A stretch of 51,601 nt of DNA from Bacteroidales bacterium (GTDB lineage Bacteria > Bacteroidota > Bacteroidia > Bacteroidales > VadinHA17): the NCBI GenBank assembly GCA_003520925.1, contig DOTV01000196.1:1-51601 (forward strand), in the 5' to 3' direction. The position numbers and the translations under genes were made by a program. The notes beneath the pieces are model-generated. The model was not told the origin of the DNA, ran no database searches, and saw only the letters and a list, made by a program, of their open reading frames with translations. Shown here piece by piece: positions 45,915-51,601 of this stretch; within the stretch, counting starts at the first letter, position 1; each line of letters starts with the position of its first letter.

Positions 45915-48590
45915 TCATTTCTGCGATATCTCAAGCTTGTAGTTATAAAGGAATCTGTCGGTCCCCCCGACAATAAGGTTCCATTCACCAGAGGAGGAAA
46001 GCTTTCCTATCGAAAACATTGATGCTCCCCTTAATGGAAATCCATCCATTATTTTTCCATTGCTGTCAACAAGATAGATAAGGTTCCCAACCGCATCAAA
46101 AACCCCTATTTTCCTGTTGGCTGATGAAAAGGTAAAATTAATTGGTCCGCCCAGCTTTGCCGAACCAAAATCCTTATTAAACATCTCTTTCCCGTTGTGA
46201 TCATAAAGATAGAGGATACCGTTGTCAATGAAAACATATTCGCTAAATCCATCTCCATCCGCATCAAAAAAATCGAATGAATGATCGGAGGTAAACTTTC
46301 TGATACTTAATTTCTTAACAACGCCGTTAAAACTGACGTTCTGTATTGTCCCGTCGGGGGAGGTGAATACAAGAGACGGTTCAGAGCCGGTTGTAAGACG
46401 TAGTGCTGATCCCTTTGCCCTTGTGACAACATCATTCAGTCTGAGCCTTACCTTGCCTGAACGATCCAGAAAATATACCGATGATTCATCGGCTACCACA
46501 ATAAAATCCTTTCCGGAGACTTTATAAAAACCTGCTTCTGCTGTTACATTACCGGCAGTTCTGAACGGCTCCCACCCTTTTACAACATTTCCTGATTTAT
46601 CGTATGTATATAGAAGTTTATCTTCTCCTGAAATGACCAGCCGGTATGTACTGTTGTTTTCATAATCAAAAAGTGCAAGCGGGTTTGTTGCAGGTGATCT
46701 TAATCTTACAGGATATCTTTCAACATAATTACCGTTACGATCGATAAGGTGAAGGTTGTTCCTGCCTGAGAAAAGCAACTGGTATTTACCGTTCCTGTAA
46801 TAATCTATCATATAAACCGAACCGATGATCCTCTCCTTAAGGGGGACTTTCCACAAAACCCTTCCTGCTGCATTGATGAGGTATGCATTATTCCTGGCGT
46901 CCTGAATGAAGATCTCCTTCGCCCCGGTATTGTGGTTTGTGAAAAAGAATGGTTTAATCCCTGCAACCGTATCCAGCAGCGTCTCCCATTCGGTTGTCGA
47001 CTCTTCCCTCACCATATCCTTATAGTTCACTGATAAGCTATTATAAATCATACCGTTAATTGGGGCCAGCTGAAAACCCACCGATTGAATTTTATTTAGC
47101 GAATTTTTGTTTGCCCTCAACCCGTCAGCAATATCCCGGCTAAAATATTCTGAGAAATAGTCTATACAATGTGCAGGGACACAATAAAACAGATATCCCG
47201 CTCTGCTGGCAACCATTTTCTCAAAGTCGCGGTACTGTGCATCGTTTGCCAGTGTCTTATTCAGCAGGTTATCATATAAAAGCCTTGAAACTGTAACCAA
47301 TGAATTACCCGTTATCATAAAGTTATCGAAAAAAGCACAATACAAATCATTGAATCCGGGTGCAAATCCAGGCAGTAAAGCTGAAAGAAGTCCTGCAGTA
47401 GCCATGAAGTAAACAGGTATCCTTGTCTGATCGTCAGGTCTGAAATAAGTTGTCTCAGTCTTTCCTCCAGTATGTTCAAGAAAGATATTTTCACACTGAA
47501 CACGGTTATTTAATTTATAGATTATTAATGAGTTTTGACTCACCGGATTATTTCTGATATCGATGTATGCACGCGTTATTTCATCCCCGAGAAAAGGCTT
47601 AAGCTTTCCTGCAAGACTTACAACCTGAACAGGCACAGAGCCGGGAATTTCTGTTTTTTCAAGTGGCATTAGAACCATCGACTCAAACATGGCAGTTGCT
47701 GAAGGAAGGATCTTATAAGTTTTAAATTCGACCGGCTGAACCGCTTTGAACCTGAAAAGTAATTCTGACGGATCACTGCTTTCACTGTATCCGCTAATGG
47801 AAACGCCACTTTCATCAATAAATATATCCCCGCCAGCGCTCTCTGCGAGCTTTGCAATCTTGTCTGCAGGAGAAAATCCACCCCTTGCAAATATTTTTGA
47901 AGCTGTATTTTCAAGATTCCCGAAAACCACGAATATTTTATCCTCATTTTTCCCCGAGGAAAGAAGTATCCTGGAAAATCCTGGTGCATTCCGTATATCT
48001 GTTCCAGGGAGATCCTGAAAAACAGTCTTTTTTATCAGACTTGCTGATGTGCTGCAGATCAATAATCCGGAATTTATCATAACAAACACCGTGTCATTCT
48101 GACCGTTCATGGCATAGGGAAGCCCTAAAATCCTCTTTCCTTCAGTCTTCTGTTCCAGTATTTCCCTTATTCCGGAAGCCTGGAGTGCCTCCTTCAACTG
48201 CCTGTATCCTGTCTCTGAGGGAAGGGTCTTGGAAAGAAAAGGGGTCATTCCCCCTTTTTCAGAAGGATGAAAAGAAATAATTGCGGTTCCTTCCTGAAGA
48301 ATCTTCTTAAACCCCGATTTATTTATCTGGTCTGCAAGGTATTTCAGCTTCGTACTGAATGTGCTTAACTCCTTAATATTCGCGATCTCCGAAAACAACC
48401 CCCTGTTGGTGGTGACTGAATTGACAAGATTTCTGAAATCAATGGTTTCTATGACAATACAGGCATCCTTGCCGATAACTTTATAAGGATCAGTAAACAG
48501 ATTCTTCCTGCTCTGATGAAGAAAATAACCGGCTAAAGCAACAGCGGAGACTAGAACAACCAGGGAAAATATTGCAATGCGTCTGGACAC
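45915..48590 (-). CDS. hypothetical membrane-anchored protein with a C-terminal ~7-bladed beta-propeller-like repeat region
   Basis: GTG start and an N-terminal TM anchor (IAIFSLVVLVSAVALAGYFL). The C-terminal ~330 aa contain about seven ~45-aa repeats of the type hYhhDxxGxxhxGaP (LHLIDRNGNYVERYP, LYTYDKSGNVVKGWEP, VYFLDRSGKV, LYLYDHNGKEMF, IYLVDSNGKIMDGFP) plus an FG-GAP-like DADGDG loop. Confidence 0.7.
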   Translation of the reverse strand: MSRRIAIFSLVVLVSAVALAGYFLHQSRKNLFTDPYKVIGKDACIVIETIDFRNLVNSVTTNRGLFSEIANIKELSTFSTKLKYLADQINKSGFKKILQEGTAIISFHPSEKGGMTPFLSKTLPSETGYRQLKEALQASGIREILEQKTEGKRILGLPYAMNGQNDTVFVMINSGLLICSTSASLIKKTVFQDLPGTDIRNAPGFSRILLSSGKNEDKIFVVFGNLENTASKIFARGGFSPADKIAKLAESAGGDIFIDESGVSISGYSESSDPSELLFRFKAVQPVEFKTYKILPSATAMFESMVLMPLEKTEIPGSVPVQVVSLAGKLKPFLGDEITRAYIDIRNNPVSQNSLIIYKLNNRVQCENIFLEHTGGKTETTYFRPDDQTRIPVYFMATAGLLSALLPGFAPGFNDLYCAFFDNFMITGNSLVTVSRLLYDNLLNKTLANDAQYRDFEKMVASRAGYLFYCVPAHCIDYFSEYFSRDIADGLRANKNSLNKIQSVGFQLAPINGMIYNSLSVNYKDMVREESTTEWETLLDTVAGIKPFFFTNHNTGAKEIFIQDARNNAYLINAAGRVLWKVPLKERIIGSVYMIDYYRNGKYQLLFSGRNNLHLIDRNGNYVERYPVRLRSPATNPLALFDYENNSTYRLVISGEDKLLYTYDKSGNVVKGWEPFRTAGNVTAEAGFYKVSGKDFIVVADESSVYFLDRSGKVRLRLNDVVTRAKGSALRLTTGSEPSLVFTSPDGTIQNVSFNGVVKKLSIRKFTSDHSFDFFDADGDGFSEYVFIDNGILYLYDHNGKEMFNKDFGSAKLGGPINFTFSSANRKIGVFDAVGNLIYLVDSNGKIMDGFPLRGASMFSIGKLSSSGEWNLIVGGTDRFLYNYKLEISQK

Positions 48591-48615
48591 CTTATAACAG
48601 TATTATTCCGTTTCT

Positions 48616-48623
48616 CAAAATTA
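48616..48623 (-). promoter_or_regulatory. -7 promoter box (TAATTTTG on minus strand) upstream of the 891-aa hypothetical gene
   Basis: Exact TAnnTTTG, 25 nt upstream of GTG 48590. Confidence 0.4.
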
Positions 48624-48740
48624 AGAATAATATGCCATCAAAAACCGGAAATGTTTTTGGCCCTTAATTTGAGGCCATATATCTTATTATTCGTCAACTG
48701 AAAAATTTATCTATTTTTATAATCAGCTTAGCCGTCCACG

Positions 48741-51146
48741 ATGAGATTCGTATTATCAGCTTTTCTGTTTTTTTTATATTGCGCCTTAAGCTTCTCCCAG
48801 ATTGTTACTGTGGTTGATAATGAGGACTCAAAACCAATCTCAGATGTGGCAGTGGTGAATGAGCTGGCTGTAAAGTTCACCTATACAAACAGGCAGGGAA
48901 AAGCCGACATATCATCATTCGAGAATGAACCGGCGGTATGCTTTCAGCATTTTACTTATGAAAGAGTCTGCCTTAGCTTTGAAGAGATCAGAAAGGCTGG
49001 TTTTCAGATCAGGCTTGACAAAAAGATTTTTGCTTTTGAGGAGTTCGTGGTTTCTGCCAACAGGTGGGAACAGAACAGGAATGAGGTTCCGAACAAGATA
49101 TCAATTGTGACACGACAGGAAACTCAGCTTCAGAATCCACAGACAACAGCTGATCTGCTTGGTATTTCTGACGAGATTTTCATCCAGAAGAGCCAGCTTG
49201 GAGGCGGCAGTCCGATGATACGTGGATTTGCAACCAACAGGATTCTGATAGTGGTCGATGGCGTCAGGATGAACAATGCCATTTACAGGGAGGGAAATAT
49301 TCAGAATGTAATCTCACTCGACCCAGCCTTGCTTGAATCAACCGAAATAATATTCGGCCCTGGTGCATCGGTTTACGGAAGTGATGCTATTGGCGGGGTA
49401 ATGGATTTTCATACTAAAAATGCATTGTTTTCGACCGGAAAGAAGATATATATCAAAGCTGATGCTTATTCAAGGTATTCATCTGCAAATAGTGAGAAAA
49501 CATTTCATCTCGATATTAATCTTGGTGGAAAAAGAACAGCTTTCTTTTCGGGCATCTCCTGGTCTGATTACGGAGATCTTAAAATGGGCTCCAACAATAA
49601 TGAAAGTTATCTGCGGAAAGAGTATGTTCAGAGGATCATCGGCATTGATTCAGTTTTTCTCAACCGCGATCCAAGGGTCCAGAAATTTTCGGGATACAGG
49701 CAGCTGAACCTCCTGAGTAAATTCAGATACAGGATTTCCGATAATATTGACCTGCTTCTTTCATGTCATTATTCTGGATTATCCGATGTACCCCGTTATG
49801 ACAGGCTTATTCAGTACAAATCGGGAAAACTGAGGTATGCCCAATGGTATTACGGTCCGCAGATTTGGGCAATGAACAGCCTTCAGCTTAATTTCTCAGG
49901 GAAGAATAAGCTTTATGATAAGGCAAAACTGATTGCAGCCTATCAGAATTACAGCGAAAGCCGTCACGACAGAAGTCTCGGAAATATATCATTGAATGAG
50001 CAGTTTGAAAAAGTAAATATAATCTCAGTCAATGCCGACTTCGATAAGTCATTTAAAAAAGAAGATCAGCTTCTGTTTTACGGATTTGAATATGTCAGGA
50101 ACGATATAACCTCTGAAGCACAGACTAGAAATATTCTCACCGGTTCGAAAGTTCCTGCCGGTTCGAGGTATCCAAACGGAAGCAACATTTATTCAACCTT
50201 TGCATTGTATTCAGGTTACAAGAATAATCTGTCGGATGCAGTTACTATAATAACAGGGTTAAGATATAACTATACAGGACTCTCCTCAACAATTGCTGAC
50301 AATTCATTTTATAATTTCCCGTTCACGGTATTTTCAATAAAGAATTCAGCGCTCACCGGATCAGCCGGATTAGTAGTCAGACTTAAGAACAGTCTGCAGC
50401 TGAACCTCAATGCAGCAACCGGGTTCAGAGCTCCGAACCTCGATGATGCAGGTAAAATATTTGATTCTGCTCCCGGAGTTGTGGTTGTGCCGAATCCCGG
50501 TCTGAAACCCGAATATGCCTATAATATCGATCTTGGAATCTCAAAGAGTTTTGGTGAGATATTCCATCTTGAAATAACCGGGTTCCATACCTGGCTCATC
50601 AACGCGATGATACGCCATGATTTTATGTTCAATGGCCAGACAATGATAACTTACAATAACCAGCCTAGCAAAGTTGAGGCTGTTACAAATGCCGGTTCGG
50701 CCCGTGCTTACGGAGCGCATATCAGCTTCCAGTCAAAAGTGACAGGTCATATACTGGTTAAATCTTCGCTGAACATAACTGAAGGTAAGGAGGAGGACGG
50801 CTCACCGTTAAGGCATGCTGCACCGGTATTCGGAGCCGTTCACATAATGGCCGAATATACAAAGTTCATGGCCGATATCTATTCAAATTTTAACGGGGCC
50901 AGGCGATTCTCCAGGATGCCTCCTTCAGAAACCGAGAAACCTTACCTCTATGCAACAGATAATAATGGCAACCCATGGTCTCCAGGATGGTTCACCCTGA
51001 ATATAAAGCTTTCCTACACTATCTCAGACAGATATATTATTAACGGCGGCATCGAAAACATCCTCGATAACCGTTACAGACCATATTCATCAGGTATTGC
51101 TGCGCCCGGAAGGAATTTTATCATTTCTGCAAGAATTATTATTTGA
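48741..51146 (+). CDS. TonB-dependent receptor (with N-terminal carboxypeptidase-regulatory-like domain)
   Basis: Signal peptide, CarbopepD_reg-like IVTVVDNEDSKPISDVAV, plug motifs (IRGFATNRILIVVDGVRMNN), and a C-terminal beta-barrel ending in aromatic/hydrophobic residues. Confidence 0.9.
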   Translation: MRFVLSAFLFFLYCALSFSQIVTVVDNEDSKPISDVAVVNELAVKFTYTNRQGKADISSFENEPAVCFQHFTYERVCLSFEEIRKAGFQIRLDKKIFAFEEFVVSANRWEQNRNEVPNKISIVTRQETQLQNPQTTADLLGISDEIFIQKSQLGGGSPMIRGFATNRILIVVDGVRMNNAIYREGNIQNVISLDPALLESTEIIFGPGASVYGSDAIGGVMDFHTKNALFSTGKKIYIKADAYSRYSSANSEKTFHLDINLGGKRTAFFSGISWSDYGDLKMGSNNNESYLRKEYVQRIIGIDSVFLNRDPRVQKFSGYRQLNLLSKFRYRISDNIDLLLSCHYSGLSDVPRYDRLIQYKSGKLRYAQWYYGPQIWAMNSLQLNFSGKNKLYDKAKLIAAYQNYSESRHDRSLGNISLNEQFEKVNIISVNADFDKSFKKEDQLLFYGFEYVRNDITSEAQTRNILTGSKVPAGSRYPNGSNIYSTFALYSGYKNNLSDAVTIITGLRYNYTGLSSTIADNSFYNFPFTVFSIKNSALTGSAGLVVRLKNSLQLNLNAATGFRAPNLDDAGKIFDSAPGVVVVPNPGLKPEYAYNIDLGISKSFGEIFHLEITGFHTWLINAMIRHDFMFNGQTMITYNNQPSKVEAVTNAGSARAYGAHISFQSKVTGHILVKSSLNITEGKEEDGSPLRHAAPVFGAVHIMAEYTKFMADIYSNFNGARRFSRMPPSETEKPYLYATDNNGNPWSPGWFTLNIKLSYTISDRYIINGGIENILDNRYRPYSSGIAAPGRNFIISARIII

Positions 51147-51227
51147 TCCGCGAAGTGAGTTTGGCACGCATTTTGAAATTACTTTGTTACACAGGCAATC
51201 TCAAAATATACTTGATTCTTCAAGGTC

Positions 51228-51259
51228 AGCCAGGTCAAAAGCCTGGCTTTTATTTTTTA
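51228..51259 (+). terminator. rho-independent terminator after the TonB-dependent receptor gene
   Basis: Stem AGCCAGG (51228-51234) / CCTGGCT (51242-51248), 7-nt loop, followed by TTTTATTTTTT. Confidence 0.7.
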
Positions 51260-51601
51260 TCAGAATGATTTGTATCCGATTATTTCACGGACCTCTCTAA
51301 CGGTCCTGGAGGCACTTTCCCTTGCCTTTTCACTTCCTTCCCTGACTACTTTTGCAAGGTATTTTTCATCCGCGAGTAAATTATCGATTCTTTCCCTGAC
51401 AGGAGTAGTTGCTTTTATAATATCTTCTGCCAGCTGTTTTTTTAAATCACCATAACGGATTTCACAGGAGGCATGCTTATCTGTGAAATATTTAACAACC
51501 GACGGATCTGAAACCACATTCATTATTGTGAAGAGATTTCTTACGGGTTCCGACATTGCCTGACCAGGTTCAGAGGGTCCTGCATCCGTCACGGCACTCA
51601 T
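51260..51601 (-). CDS. trpS: tryptophan--tRNA ligase, C-terminal part (5' end beyond the window)
   Basis: C-terminal anticodon-binding helix bundle (YGDLKKQLAEDIIKATTPVRERI...EGSEKARESASRTVREVREIIG). The ORF is open at the window edge. Confidence 0.85.
   Translation of the reverse strand: MSAVTDAGPSEPGQAMSEPVRNLFTIMNVVSDPSVVKYFTDKHASCEIRYGDLKKQLAEDIIKATTPVRERIDNLLADEKYLAKVVREGSEKARESASRTVREVREIIGYKSF

Overview
This window is a syntenic, housekeeping-type chromosomal segment of a Bacteroidota genome. The phylum call rests on GldH/K/L/M/N, PorP, PorX, a PorW-like gene and recurrent TAnnTTTG promoter boxes. I call about 43 protein-coding genes, both window edges cut genes (pgk at the left, trpS at the right), and the coding regions are tightly packed.

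Gene content:
- **Type IX secretion / gliding motility (the dominant theme):** gldH (3938-4414), a PorW/SprE-like TPR lipoprotein next to the PorX response regulator (7073-11379), and a complete porP-gldK-gldL-gldM-gldN operon (37107-42843).
- **Sugar-nucleotide genes:** a WbpE/WbpD/WbpB-like trio, galE, rfbB, glmS and a manC-like gene.
- **Core functions:** holB, trmB, metG, panCD, radA, PBP1A, topA, mlaEF and a TonB-dependent receptor.

I see no rRNA, tRNA, CRISPR array, transposase, integrase, phage or defence-island signature. I therefore cannot support a claim that the window contains a self-contained novel system.

Features that ordinary gene annotation would not explain:
1. A bipartite GC-hairpin repeat family at four intergenic loci, all in one orientation.
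2. A 14-nt tandem repeat that folds with a diverged inverted copy into a long hairpin between radA and PBP1A.
3. An arginase-fold protein with degenerate metal ligands directly upstream of the T9SS core operon.
4. An uncharacterised 891-aa membrane-anchored protein that looks like a seven-bladed propeller.
5. A conserved-unknown beta-helix protein (DUF4954-like) downstream of glmS.

All functional calls come from reading the supplied translations for motifs. No database search was run.
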